Shown: positions 30,829-40,984 of the stretch, in pieces
Position numbering within the stretch: the stretch's first letter is position 1
How the letters are laid out: each line of letters opens with the position of its first letter
Assembly: GCA_017467515.1 (NCBI GenBank)
Contig: JAFUSU010000004.1
Span: forward strand, 621-64,620
Direction of reading: 5' to 3'
DNA: 64,000 bases
From: Alphaproteobacteria bacterium
Lineage (GTDB): Bacteria > Pseudomonadota > Alphaproteobacteria > RF32 > CAG-239
Notes under the pieces: model-generated
What the model was told of the DNA's origin: nothing
The model's database searches: none
Seen by the model: only the letters and a program-made list of their open reading frames with translations
Position numbers and translations under genes: made by a program

Positions 30829-31956
30829 TTACTCCGCGACATAGCTGTTAATGCGTTGATGCTGTGTTTCTCCCAGCTCTAAATCTTCAATTTTATCTAT
30901 TCTGCGTGCAATTTTCCCTGAAGATATGCGAATATCTCCGATATCCTTTGCGGCCATTTCAAAATGTTTAGACAGACTGTCAATTCGCTCATCTAATCGA
31001 GAAATATCTTCAATCAAGGTTCCGACCTCTTTTTGAATAACACCGGCTTGCTCTCGCATTGTCGCATCTTTTAAGACTGCACGAACGGTGTTCAAGGTTG
31101 CCATTAATGTTGTCGGGGAAACAATCCAAACTTTTGAACGGTAAGAAACCTCAACAACATCGGTAAAGTTTGTATAGAGCTCGGCATAAATTGATTCTGC
31201 CGGCAAAAACATTAAAGCCGATTCTGCAGTTTCTCCGGCAATGATATATTTGTCGGCAATGTCTTTGATGTGTTTAAGAACCGAGGCCCTGAAAAAACGC
31301 TCGGCTTCAATTTTATCCCGATCGGAAGAAGCATTGCGTAACGCCTGATAGCTTTCTAAAGGGAATTTTGAATCAATAACAATGGTTCCCGGCGGGTTTG
31401 GTAATTTTAAAACACAGTCGGCACGTTTCTGATTACTCAGCACACACTGAAATTCATAGGCAGAAGGAGGCAAAATAGATTTAACCAAATCATTAAGTTG
31501 AATTTCTCCGAAAGCTCCTCGAGCCTGCTTATTGGATAAGACTTCCTGTAAAGAAACGACTTGCTCCGATAAATGAGATATTTTTTGTTGTGCAACATCA
31601 ATTTTGGCCAAACGCTCCCTCAAATCTTGAATGGTTTCCGTTGTTTTTGCCGTTGACTGTTGCAATCCTTCACCAACACTTTTGGTAACGGCCAGCAACT
31701 TCTCATCCATAATTTTAAGAACTGAGAGTTTTTGCTCATTAATGGCGTCGGAGATTTTAAGCTGTTGTTGAGATGATGATTCTGAAAGTTGAGACATACG
31801 ACCGGCCAACTCAGCTTGTCCTCTGAAAAGAGTATCTGCCAAAGAACGAAATTCTTGATGGTGATCCTTTTTGAAAAGAACACACAATAAAATACTCAGG
31901 AGTAATAATGTACAGAGGATGCCGAAAGCAAGAAGCCATATTTCATTTTCAGTCAT
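30829..31956 (-). CDS. rmuC: DNA recombination protein RmuC
   Basis: 375 aa with an N-terminal TM helix, long coiled coil and a C-terminal RmuC nuclease-like domain. Confidence 0.8.
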   Translation of the reverse strand: MTENEIWLLAFGILCTLLLLSILLCVLFKKDHHQEFRSLADTLFRGQAELAGRMSQLSESSSQQQLKISDAINEQKLSVLKIMDEKLLAVTKSVGEGLQQSTAKTTETIQDLRERLAKIDVAQQKISHLSEQVVSLQEVLSNKQARGAFGEIQLNDLVKSILPPSAYEFQCVLSNQKRADCVLKLPNPPGTIVIDSKFPLESYQALRNASSDRDKIEAERFFRASVLKHIKDIADKYIIAGETAESALMFLPAESIYAELYTNFTDVVEVSYRSKVWIVSPTTLMATLNTVRAVLKDATMREQAGVIQKEVGTLIEDISRLDERIDSLSKHFEMAAKDIGDIRISSGKIARRIDKIEDLELGETQHQRINSYVAE

Positions 31957-31966
31957 TAATCAGCCC

Positions 31967-32938
31967 TTAATTTTCAGGTAAATTGCGTCCCATTGCCAAA
32001 AACTTGGAAGTGCGTTGTTTTTTGAGTTCTTCTCCGGTAAAGTTTTTAAGCTCTTTTAGGTGTTTAGCAATACAATCCCCGACTTTTTCAATCATTTGCT
32101 GAGGGTTACGATGTGCACCGCCCAAAGGCTCTTTGATTATTTCATCAATAACACCGTATTTTCTCAGATCTTGAGCCGTTAATTTCAGAGCTTCCGTTGC
32201 TTCCTGTACTTTATCCGCCGAGCGCCAAAGAATAGAAGCGCATCCTTCCGGAGAAATCACGGAGTATATAGAGTTTTCCAACATCAAAATTCGATTGGCG
32301 GTAGCAATGGCAATAGCCCCGCCGGAACCGCCCATTCCGATAACGATGGAGATAATAGGCGTTTTGACTTGCAGGCACTTTTGAATAGAAGAAGCAATAG
32401 CTTCGGCTTGCCCGCGAGCTTCTGCGTCAATTCCAGGGAAAGCACCATCTGTATCAACAAAGGAAATAACCGGCATACCGAATTTTTCAGCCATATCCAT
32501 TAAGCGCTGTGCTTTGCGATACCCTTCAGGTTTAGCCATACCGAAATTATATTTCATACGGGATTCTAAATCGTGCCCTTTTTCTTGTCCGATAACAACA
32601 ACGGACATCTCTCTGAAACGGCCGATTCCGCCAACCATAGCGGCATCATCGCCAAACAATCTGTCGCCGCACAAAGGCGTAAAATCTTCAATCAAAGAAT
32701 TAATATAATCTAAACAGTGAGGACGCTGAGGATGACGGGAAACTTGAAGCTTTTGCCAAGGTGTCAGATTGGCATAAGTCAACTTCATTTGGCGATCCAG
32801 TTTTTGCTGGAGGCGTGTCGTTTCTTGAGAAATATCAACAGCTTCATCTTGAGCCAATAATTTCAGACTTTCAATTTTAGCTTCAATCTCAACAATATTT
32901 TTTTCAAAATCCAAAATCAACGTATTCGTTTGATTCAT
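31967..32938 (-). CDS. accA: Acetyl-CoA carboxylase carboxyltransferase subunit alpha
   Basis: 323 aa with AccA signatures (LTPWQKLQVSRHPQRP; GMGGSGGAIAIA). Confidence 0.9.
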   Translation of the reverse strand: MNQTNTLILDFEKNIVEIEAKIESLKLLAQDEAVDISQETTRLQQKLDRQMKLTYANLTPWQKLQVSRHPQRPHCLDYINSLIEDFTPLCGDRLFGDDAAMVGGIGRFREMSVVVIGQEKGHDLESRMKYNFGMAKPEGYRKAQRLMDMAEKFGMPVISFVDTDGAFPGIDAEARGQAEAIASSIQKCLQVKTPIISIVIGMGGSGGAIAIATANRILMLENSIYSVISPEGCASILWRSADKVQEATEALKLTAQDLRKYGVIDEIIKEPLGGAHRNPQQMIEKVGDCIAKHLKELKNFTGEELKKQRTSKFLAMGRNLPEN

Positions 32939-33123
32939 CTCTGTTCTCTTTAAAATTAAAACCTGACCCTGTCATATCACAAAAAAAATCAAATTTCGAC
33001 TATTATTTTAAAATATTGTTGATTTTGTTGTGTAAAGACGTTCTTTTTTGATGGAAATTGATTGCAATAATCCTGATTTTGAATAAAATAAGAAAAATTA
33101 TTAATCAAAAAGGACCTTGAGAA

Positions 33124-34521
33124 GTGCTATCTATCGCTTTTTTCTTTTCTGTTTTTATAAGTGTTGTATGGGCTTTTTATGCATTATCGAATGCAACAGG
33201 CGGAGATGTAAATCATTTTGTTGTGACGGCGGCAGATGTTTTCTTGCCGATTATCATTGTTTGGCTTGTCTTCGGATACATTTATCAGTATATCAGCACC
33301 TCTGTTCTTAACAAAAATATGTATTCTTTGTTCAAACAAATGAAAAAAAATCAGGAAACGGCAGAGGTCATCGCCAGAGCATTAATTGAAGCAAAAGAAG
33401 AATCAAAAAATAATACGGTTATCAGTAAGTTTGATATTTTTATTTCTGATATGAATGAGTTGTTATCGGATATCATCAGAAGATCGGAGCTTGTTTCCGA
33501 TGAACAGATAGATGCTCTGTGGGTAAAAGTAAAAAACGGCGGAAAGTGGGCGTTTGGAAAAGTTATTATTGAGTTGGCACAAAAACAGCCGAATCTTCCG
33601 AATAAATTACTTCAAAAAGCTCTTACGGAGCCTGTTTTGGGTGGGACGATTCTTGAATTTTGTTCTCGCTACCAAAGTCTGATTAATGCTCTCGAAAAAC
33701 ACGATAATGAACGCCTGTTTTTAAATATGGTGGAAACCGGCGTTTTGGGAAAGGTTTTCACGCTATTGGCACACCCCGCTGATTCGATTCGCCAAAACAG
33801 AGATTTAACATTGGTTCGTCGGCAAATAAATGAAACAGATTATGCCGAAATGGCTGTAGAAGATGAATTTTTAGCGCCGGCAGCAGAAAATCACACGGAA
33901 AAAACTAAGCCTCAAGAAAAAATCTCAGAAAATGCCCGTCGCCTCTTTATTAACACGTTTCGCAAAAAAGAAAATCAGGAACCGGAAGCAAAAGATCCTC
34001 TGACGGAGGCTTTTGCAAAGAGTTTTGGCGTCATTGAAAAAAACGAAGAAGAAACAGATCGGCAGATTCCCTCTTTAAGCTCGGAGAATATTTTAGGAGA
34101 AGAAGAAACATCGGGCGGGCAAATATTTGATGAGGCCGATGAAAAAGAAAATCAAAAAGATTTGGAAAAAGAAGATAAACAACAAGAAGAAACAGTATCT
34201 TCAATGCCTGAAATCATTATTTCGAGAGAGGAGCCGCTTTTTGAACAGAATTATGAAGAAGATACAGAACCTCATTTTGAAAAAGAAGAACCGCGCTCTA
34301 AAATTACACCGGAATTAACGGCAGGTTTTCAAAATACACAAGAAAAGCTGGAAGATATAAGAAAAGAGTGGGAAGAAGCAAAACAAAGAGATGCCCTGTC
34401 AACAAAAGAAAGCACTCATACTGAGGAGGCAGAGGGAATGCCGGAACCTCAAATAAACAAAGACAGTGATTTTTCATATCCTTTCGGGGGATGGATGAAT
34501 ACGGACAATTATGAAAAGTAA
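33124..34521 (+). CDS. Hypothetical membrane protein with a long acidic, Glu/Lys-rich disordered tail
   Basis: Two N-terminal TM helices, then a helical domain and an EEETSGG...EKEDKQQEE low-complexity tail. Confidence 0.5.
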   Translation: MLSIAFFFSVFISVVWAFYALSNATGGDVNHFVVTAADVFLPIIIVWLVFGYIYQYISTSVLNKNMYSLFKQMKKNQETAEVIARALIEAKEESKNNTVISKFDIFISDMNELLSDIIRRSELVSDEQIDALWVKVKNGGKWAFGKVIIELAQKQPNLPNKLLQKALTEPVLGGTILEFCSRYQSLINALEKHDNERLFLNMVETGVLGKVFTLLAHPADSIRQNRDLTLVRRQINETDYAEMAVEDEFLAPAAENHTEKTKPQEKISENARRLFINTFRKKENQEPEAKDPLTEAFAKSFGVIEKNEEETDRQIPSLSSENILGEEETSGGQIFDEADEKENQKDLEKEDKQQEETVSSMPEIIISREEPLFEQNYEEDTEPHFEKEEPRSKITPELTAGFQNTQEKLEDIRKEWEEAKQRDALSTKESTHTEEAEGMPEPQINKDSDFSYPFGGWMNTDNYEK

Positions 34522-36313
34522 ATTTCTTATCTTTTTCATTTCTTTATTATGGAGAAATATAGCTTTTGCTACGGAGGTAAAACCTTACCTGTCATTGTAT
34601 GATCAAGCTGTTTATCCGACAGATTTTTCACATTTTTCCTATGTCAATCCGGATGCTCCTAAGGGGGGGCGAATGGTAATGCCGACGTATGGAACATTTG
34701 ATAATTTTAATCCTTTTATATTCAAAGGGATTTCAGATGGCGGTTATACGGTATCTCTTACCTTAGATACGTTAGGGGTAACATCGTTAGATGATATTTC
34801 AACAGTTTACCCTCTGTTAGCTAAAGCGTTTGAATATCCGGAAGATAAAAGTTATGTCGGTTTTATTTTAGATGAACGGGCAAGATTTCATAATGGGCAA
34901 CCGGTTTTAGCCGATGATATTATTTTCAGCTATAAGTCATTGGTAGAAAAAGGTCAGCCGTTTTACAAAGTTTACTACGCAGATGTTGATAGGGTTGAAA
35001 AAATTAACGATTATCACGTTCGTTTTCACTTTAAGAAAGGAAGTCAAAATCGTGAATTACCTCTGATTTTGGCTCAAATGAGTATTTATTCCGCAGAGGA
35101 TTGGAAATACAGAGATTTTGCCGAGCCGAGCTTGACACCGCCGCAAGGGAGCGGACCTTATGTTTTAGATAAATTTGATGTAAACAAATTTATTCAATTC
35201 AAACGAAATCCTGACTATTGGGCAAAAGATTTGCCAACGCGCAAGGGAATGTTTAATTTTGATGAATTGCGGTATGATTATTATCAGGACACAACAGTTA
35301 CTTTGCAGGCTCTGTTGGCCGGAAATGTCGATGCCAGAGAGGAGTATATCGCAAAAATTTGGGCGACGGGATACAACAATGATGTTGTAAAAAGCGGAAA
35401 AGTCCTCAAAAAAGATATTGAACATAATAATGCGGCGCCCCTGCAAAATTTTGCATATAATCTGCGGCGGGATAAATTTAAGGATAAGCGCGTTCGCCAA
35501 GCGATTGCAATGGCCTTTAATTTTGATTGGGCAAATGAGAATTTATTTTACGGACAGTATGCTCGAATTACAAGCTACTTTCCCAATACGGGTATGGAGG
35601 CAAAAGGGTTGCCGGAAGGGCGCGAGCTTGAAATTTTGGAACAATATAAGAATCAACTTGATGAAAGTGTTTTTACGCAAGAACCGAGTTTACCCCAACA
35701 TCCGACACCTCAGGCAACCAGAGAAAATTTGAAACAGGCGGTTAACCTTTTGAAAGAGGCCGGCTATGACTTTGTAAAAGGGAAAATGACAAATTTAAAA
35801 ACGGGTGAACCTTTAGAATTTGAAGTATTGGGAAATTCTGCAAACGGATCTTCATTTACACGCGTTATGTTGCCTTTTATAGCAAATTTGAAAAAAATAG
35901 GAATCAAATTAAAGTTTCGCAATATTGAACCGAGTGTTTTTAAAAATCGCTTAGATAATTTTGATTTTGATATGGCCATAGCGGGATTTAATGTCAGCCG
36001 AATGCCGGGAAATGAGCAAATGGAAATGTGGGGATCACAATCGGCAGATGTCAAAGGAAGTTATAATATTTTAGGCTTAAAAAATCCTGTGGTCGATAAT
36101 TTGATTAAAGGCGTTATCAATGCTCAGACAAAAGAGGATTATGAGGCTTATGTGCGTGCATTGGATAGGGTTTTGCTTAACGGGTGGTATCTGATTCCGC
36201 ACTGGTATTCACCGACACAGCGTGTTGCCTACTGGGATAAGTTCGAACAACCGCAAACGGAAATTAAAACAGGGTTTCTGCCTCAAACGTGGTGGATGAA
36301 AGAGGGCAAATGA
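34511..36313 (+). CDS. yejA: ABC transporter substrate-binding protein, family 5 (YejA-like, peptide/microcin type)
   Basis: 600 aa with a signal peptide and an SBP_bac_5 fold. Directly upstream of a yejB-like permease. Confidence 0.75.
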   Translation: MKSKFLIFFISLLWRNIAFATEVKPYLSLYDQAVYPTDFSHFSYVNPDAPKGGRMVMPTYGTFDNFNPFIFKGISDGGYTVSLTLDTLGVTSLDDISTVYPLLAKAFEYPEDKSYVGFILDERARFHNGQPVLADDIIFSYKSLVEKGQPFYKVYYADVDRVEKINDYHVRFHFKKGSQNRELPLILAQMSIYSAEDWKYRDFAEPSLTPPQGSGPYVLDKFDVNKFIQFKRNPDYWAKDLPTRKGMFNFDELRYDYYQDTTVTLQALLAGNVDAREEYIAKIWATGYNNDVVKSGKVLKKDIEHNNAAPLQNFAYNLRRDKFKDKRVRQAIAMAFNFDWANENLFYGQYARITSYFPNTGMEAKGLPEGRELEILEQYKNQLDESVFTQEPSLPQHPTPQATRENLKQAVNLLKEAGYDFVKGKMTNLKTGEPLEFEVLGNSANGSSFTRVMLPFIANLKKIGIKLKFRNIEPSVFKNRLDNFDFDMAIAGFNVSRMPGNEQMEMWGSQSADVKGSYNILGLKNPVVDNLIKGVINAQTKEDYEAYVRALDRVLLNGWYLIPHWYSPTQRVAYWDKFEQPQTEIKTGFLPQTWWMKEGK

Positions 36314-37386
36314 GAAATTATATTATCAAACGTTTGGCGCTTATTCCTCTGACCTTGCTGGGTATTTTACTGCTGAATTTTGCCATTGTCCAATTGGCGC
36401 CGGGCGGGCCCGTGGAATATATGTTAGCAAAATACCAAGGAATGAATACGGATTCGAAATCATCACTCAGCTCAACGACTCAAGTGAATATGAATACGGC
36501 ACAGAAAAGTCAGTATCAAGGTGCTCAAGGTGTTCCTGAAGATTTAATCAAAGCTCTTGAAGTACAGTTCGGTTTTGATAAACCGCCGCATGAACGCTTT
36601 ATTAAAATGCTGAAAGAGTACGCTGTTTTTGATTTCGGCAAAAGTTTTTATAGAGATAAAACAGTTTGGCAACTCATCAAAGAGCGCCTGCCGGTTTCTG
36701 TTTCTTTAGGCATTTGGTCAACCCTTTTGATTTATTTGATAGCCATTCCTTTAGGAATTAAAAAAGCGGTCAAAGACGGAAGTGGATTTGATGTTTGGAC
36801 TTCCTTTTTGATCGTTATGGGAGCTGCTATTCCGGTATTTTTATTTGCAGTCTTTTTGATTGTGCTGTTTGCCGGCGGAATTTATTGGCAATGGTTTCCG
36901 TTAAGAGGGCTGACTTCGGATAATTGGGAAAAGTTATCGTTGCTTGGTAAGATCGGAGATTATTTTTGGCACATTACACTACCCGTCTTGTCTATGGTTA
37001 TAGGAGGCTTTGCCGGTTTAACGATGTTGACCAAAAATTCTTTTCTTGATGAAATTAATAAACCGTATGTTTTAACGGCTAAAGCAAAAGGATTAACAGA
37101 AAAACAGGTACTTTACGGGCATGTGTTCAGAAATGCGATGTTGATTGTTATTGCCGGATTTCCTTCTCTGTTGATTAAAATGTTATTTACCGGCTCTTTG
37201 CTGATTGAGGTTATCTTTTCTCTAAACGGAATGGGCTTGTTGGGATACGAAGCAATTATGACCAGAGATTATCCTGTCATTTTCGGAACAATGTATATAT
37301 TTGCTTTATTAGGGTTAATTCTCAAACTGATAAGTGACATAACTTATTCACTGGTCGATCCTCGCATAAATTTTGAAAAGGTGTAA
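36289..37386 (+). CDS. yejB: ABC transporter permease (YejB-like)
   Basis: 365 aa with an N-terminal TM helix, a large periplasmic loop and an ABC permease EAA-like region. Confidence 0.8.
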   Translation: MVDERGQMRNYIIKRLALIPLTLLGILLLNFAIVQLAPGGPVEYMLAKYQGMNTDSKSSLSSTTQVNMNTAQKSQYQGAQGVPEDLIKALEVQFGFDKPPHERFIKMLKEYAVFDFGKSFYRDKTVWQLIKERLPVSVSLGIWSTLLIYLIAIPLGIKKAVKDGSGFDVWTSFLIVMGAAIPVFLFAVFLIVLFAGGIYWQWFPLRGLTSDNWEKLSLLGKIGDYFWHITLPVLSMVIGGFAGLTMLTKNSFLDEINKPYVLTAKAKGLTEKQVLYGHVFRNAMLIVIAGFPSLLIKMLFTGSLLIEVIFSLNGMGLLGYEAIMTRDYPVIFGTMYIFALLGLILKLISDITYSLVDPRINFEKV

Positions 37387-38218
37387 GATGATTGAAGAAT
37401 TGCTTAAATTTACGAAAAAATCAGGAATTTTACTGAAAAAACAAGAACAAAAAACAACGCTGTTGGGAAAAAAGGACAATACGGTTGAATCTGTTGTAAC
37501 GCAGGCCGACGTTGCTGTTTCGAATTTATTTGAAAAATTTGTAAAAAAGACCTTTTCTCACTTAAATTATATGATTATTGATGAAGAAAAAATGAGCAAA
37601 TTCGGGGATAAGATCTTTGAGTATATCAAAACAACAGAATACCAATTTGTTATTGATCCGATAGACGGAACACTTCAATATGCCAATCATCATCCTTTTT
37701 ACGGAATAACAATAGGTGTTTACCATAAAGCACGCCCTCTTATGGGAATAATTTATCTGCCAAGAGTTCAGGAGCTTGTTTACTGTGATGAACGTAAGGC
37801 TTATTATATGCATAATGCTTTTGCGCGCAATCAATGGAAAGAGGAAATAAAAGCAGGTCAAATAACAACTTCACCGATAATTTTCGGCCATTCGTGGCTA
37901 TGGAAACAAACAAAAGAGTTTTCTATCAAAAAAAATGTGCTTATTGATTATTATTCAGCGGTCAGTCAAAGTCTTTACACGTTGACGGGACAGGCAAAAG
38001 CGTATGCCATGAATCTTCATTTGTGGGATATTGCGGGCGCAATGCCGATTGCGGAAAAAGTTGGAATGAAAATTTTTCAATATGAAGGAAATGTGGTTTA
38101 TGACCATATTTCAGACAAGTTTTTTGATTTAAATATGTGGACCAGAAAACCGTGCATTTTATGTAATTTGCGTGATTTAGAAGAAATAAGGGCAATAATG
38201 GCGCCAAAACTTAAATAA
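37373..38218 (+). CDS. Inositol monophosphatase / CysQ-family phosphatase
   Basis: IMPase motifs VIDPIDGT and LWDIAGAMPIA. 281 aa. Confidence 0.75.
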   Translation: MKRCKMIEELLKFTKKSGILLKKQEQKTTLLGKKDNTVESVVTQADVAVSNLFEKFVKKTFSHLNYMIIDEEKMSKFGDKIFEYIKTTEYQFVIDPIDGTLQYANHHPFYGITIGVYHKARPLMGIIYLPRVQELVYCDERKAYYMHNAFARNQWKEEIKAGQITTSPIIFGHSWLWKQTKEFSIKKNVLIDYYSAVSQSLYTLTGQAKAYAMNLHLWDIAGAMPIAEKVGMKIFQYEGNVVYDHISDKFFDLNMWTRKPCILCNLRDLEEIRAIMAPKLK

Positions 38219-38228
38219 TAATTGAATT

Positions 38229-38822
38229 TTGTTCATTTTGTCTATTTACAAGTATTCAAAAATATGCTATAAAGGACTTCCTTTATGTATTATAATGCCT
38301 ATGGATATAGAAAAAATTAAAATCCTCTCAGGTCTTGTGCGAGAGCATAAGCTGACAGGTGATGACTTAAACGAAATGACGCATTATTTGAAAACCTATC
38401 ATTGCGTGCCGGTCATCCAAGATGGGGCAGAATTGCCCATAAAATTGAAATATACTGATAACAGTGTCAGCGATAGATTTGTGCATTTTAAGCCAATTAA
38501 AGCCTTGCACATAGATGACATTGACATCTCTCTGTCAGAGGCGAGTGTGCCGATGAACTATGAAAACGCTCTCACCTACTGTCGCCAACTCGGCGGTCGT
38601 ATGATGACAGCTAAACAAGCTTTGCAAATCTATGAACAATTGCGTAATATCAATGAAGTTCTGGAAATGCTGGGCTTCGAAAAGATAAGAGAATATCAGT
38701 ATTGGATAGAAGATAGGGCATCGAAGTCCCATCTTCGAAAAACAATTGATTTTCGCACCGGTGAAATAAAAGAAGTGCGAAAATATGACAGCTTTAGAGT
38801 TCGCCCAATGCGAATAATTTAA
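38229..38822 (+). CDS. Hypothetical protein
   Basis: 197-aa ORF. The real start may be the ATG at 38295 (MPMDIEKIK). No recognisable domain. Confidence 0.4.
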   Translation: MFILSIYKYSKICYKGLPLCIIMPMDIEKIKILSGLVREHKLTGDDLNEMTHYLKTYHCVPVIQDGAELPIKLKYTDNSVSDRFVHFKPIKALHIDDIDISLSEASVPMNYENALTYCRQLGGRMMTAKQALQIYEQLRNINEVLEMLGFEKIREYQYWIEDRASKSHLRKTIDFRTGEIKEVRKYDSFRVRPMRII

Positions 38823-38830
38823 ACAACTCA

Positions 38831-38868
38831 AAACTCCTAAGACCTACACGGCTTGGGAGTTTTTTGTT
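38831..38868 (+). terminator. Rho-independent terminator
   Basis: ctcctaag...cttgggag hairpin followed by TTTTTTGTT. Confidence 0.45.
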
Positions 38869-39248
38869 AAGACAAAATTTTCCTTACAATAATAACAGAA
38901 TAAGAGCTCGCTCAAAACGCTTGCTCCGACACTAAGCAAGAGTTTTGAATGAAAAACCATAATGATACATCGGGACATCGAAATTATTAAAACAAGCATT
39001 GTTTTATCCCGCGCGATAATTCAATTTTTATCTTAATAATTTGTTTGTTCCTTTTTCGTAACTTCTGTTACTATCAAGTGACTGTTCTGTCAGGTTGTCA
39101 GTACTGTATTTTGCGCATCTTTTCGAAAAGATTATGAATTCATACGCTGGATTCTAAATGATAAATTATTAATAAAAGATTGATAAAAAAGTGAGTCTTT
39201 TCCGCGATTCGCCGCAAATCAAGACTCTGATTCATTTTGAGTCATATT

Positions 39249-39292
39249 AAAAAAATCTGCGACTCTCAGCTCTAAAACAAAGAATCGCAGAT
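39249..39292 (-). terminator. Rho-independent terminator downstream of the 39314..40486 gene
   Basis: Inverted repeat atctgcga...tcgcagat followed on the minus strand by T7. Confidence 0.4.
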
Positions 39293-39313
39293 TAATAAAA
39301 TAAGAATCGTTCT

Positions 39314-40486
39314 TTAAGACAGTCTGCCTTTTCCCTTTTTAATATAAGACGGAATAAGGTTTTGTGCTTGTTCCGGTTGCTGTAATCTTCCGACACTTTG
39401 CCAACGCGTCATCCTTTCTTCAGATGCCCTATCCAAAGAGGCAGTAGGCTGTTGGTTGCTTACAGAAACACGATCTATGGCTTCTTTTATTTTTTCTTGA
39501 GTTTTTTTCTTGTTTTTCAAAGCATCCATAAACATTTGAAAGGCCTGGTAATTAATCATTATTTCCGTCAAGTCAAAAACATATCCCCGGTTTTTCCCGT
39601 TAACAAAATAGTCTTCAGTATTCGATATTGCTGTTCTGTTAAACCTTGCGGTTTTACCTTTCAAAGCATCATCGCCCGTAACTAAAGTATCAACGGCAAC
39701 CGTATTGGAAAAAACAGTTACATAATGATACCCGCAGCTGCTGTTTCCTTTGGATCGAGGAAAGGCAATACATACGGCATACGGATTTTTCTTATAAATA
39801 TCAGCCAGAGATTTTTGAATGTCATTAGTTTTCTTAGCCTTAGGAAAATATTTTTTAAAATCTTTAATGATTGCCGTGCAGGAGTTTGGTGATGTAAAAC
39901 AATCCAAAATAGCTTCATATTCAAAAAAATTATCTTTTTCTATTGTTTGAAAAAGGGTTCCCATACCGCCGGCAGCGCAAAAATACCGAGGATCAATAGA
40001 AATACCGTATTTTTTATAGTCTTTGAACATATTTCTTAATTCTCGGGTTCTCGTGGCTTTTCCCTTTTTTTCCGCTTCTTGAATATGGGGTATATTTTCA
40101 TTAAAGTTTTCCCATAGGGCGAAAGTAAATTCTTTTTGCCGTTCTGCAATTTCCTCAAAGTGTTCTTCTAAAAATTCTTTCATTTCGGGCTGGGTATTGA
40201 CGGTGCTGTTGGCTTTAGCTAAAAGAGTTTGATTGTCAATTTTAGGGTTGGACGTTTGGGCGTGTAAACTGACAGTTGCATTGGGCGCGGCAAGTGTGAT
40301 GAGCTTTAACCCTGCAGCAAGAGCCAGCTTTTTTGTAAAACGAGATGTTCCTGTTTGGCGATCAAATTCTTTCCACGCTTTGCCTGCTTTCTGCTTAAAA
40401 AGATGCCAAGACCGAAAAGTTTTTAATTTCAAAATCTTCGTTTGCTTTAATAATCTTTCCTCAAATGTTTTTTGAACTTCATTCAT
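39314..40486 (-). CDS. Hypothetical secreted protein with possible Cys/His catalytic residues
   Basis: ORF runs to 40552, but the ATG at 40486 (MNEVQK) has a good AAGGAAAG RBS. Signal-peptide-like segment LALAAGLKLITLAAPNA. Conserved-looking Cys (FCAAGGMGT) and His (GYHYVTVF). Confidence 0.45.
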   Translation of the reverse strand: MNEVQKTFEERLLKQTKILKLKTFRSWHLFKQKAGKAWKEFDRQTGTSRFTKKLALAAGLKLITLAAPNATVSLHAQTSNPKIDNQTLLAKANSTVNTQPEMKEFLEEHFEEIAERQKEFTFALWENFNENIPHIQEAEKKGKATRTRELRNMFKDYKKYGISIDPRYFCAAGGMGTLFQTIEKDNFFEYEAILDCFTSPNSCTAIIKDFKKYFPKAKKTNDIQKSLADIYKKNPYAVCIAFPRSKGNSSCGYHYVTVFSNTVAVDTLVTGDDALKGKTARFNRTAISNTEDYFVNGKNRGYVFDLTEIMINYQAFQMFMDALKNKKKTQEKIKEAIDRVSVSNQQPTASLDRASEERMTRWQSVGRLQQPEQAQNLIPSYIKKGKGRLS

Positions 40487-40708
40487 CTTTGCTTTCCTTG
40501 TGCCGAATAGAACAAAATGAAAATATACAGATAAATATATATCAAAAAGCAAGCAGGGACAAGTTAAAAATAAGATTTTAGACTAAATGTTGTGTTATTA
40601 AGCGAGGAGCGGAAGCGAACGAAGCGCAATTAGAAACCGAGTGACCGAAGCGCAGTTAGCGAATGAAAATGAGCTTACAAGCAAGAACGAACCTTGGTTC
40701 GAGAACCG

Positions 40709-40785
<77 letters not shown>

Positions 40786-40984
40786 GCATAGCAAAATTTA
40801 TACTTGATGGTTTTCCTTTTTGCAAGACAGATTTTTATTTAACCTTCTTAATACGCATATTTGTCGTTATTTTTTATATATTCAAACTTGTTAATATCCG
40901 TCAAATGTCCTTGATTCCTTATTTTCAGCAATTATATTTTCTTGTACATATCAATTATTCTATTAAATTAAAAAAAGTATTATT

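Noticed and set aside
33117-33311. 64-aa Cys-rich ORF overlapping the start of the 33124 membrane-protein gene
   Set aside because: Alternative frame of the same region, and the 465-aa frame is far longer with TM helices. Likely spurious.
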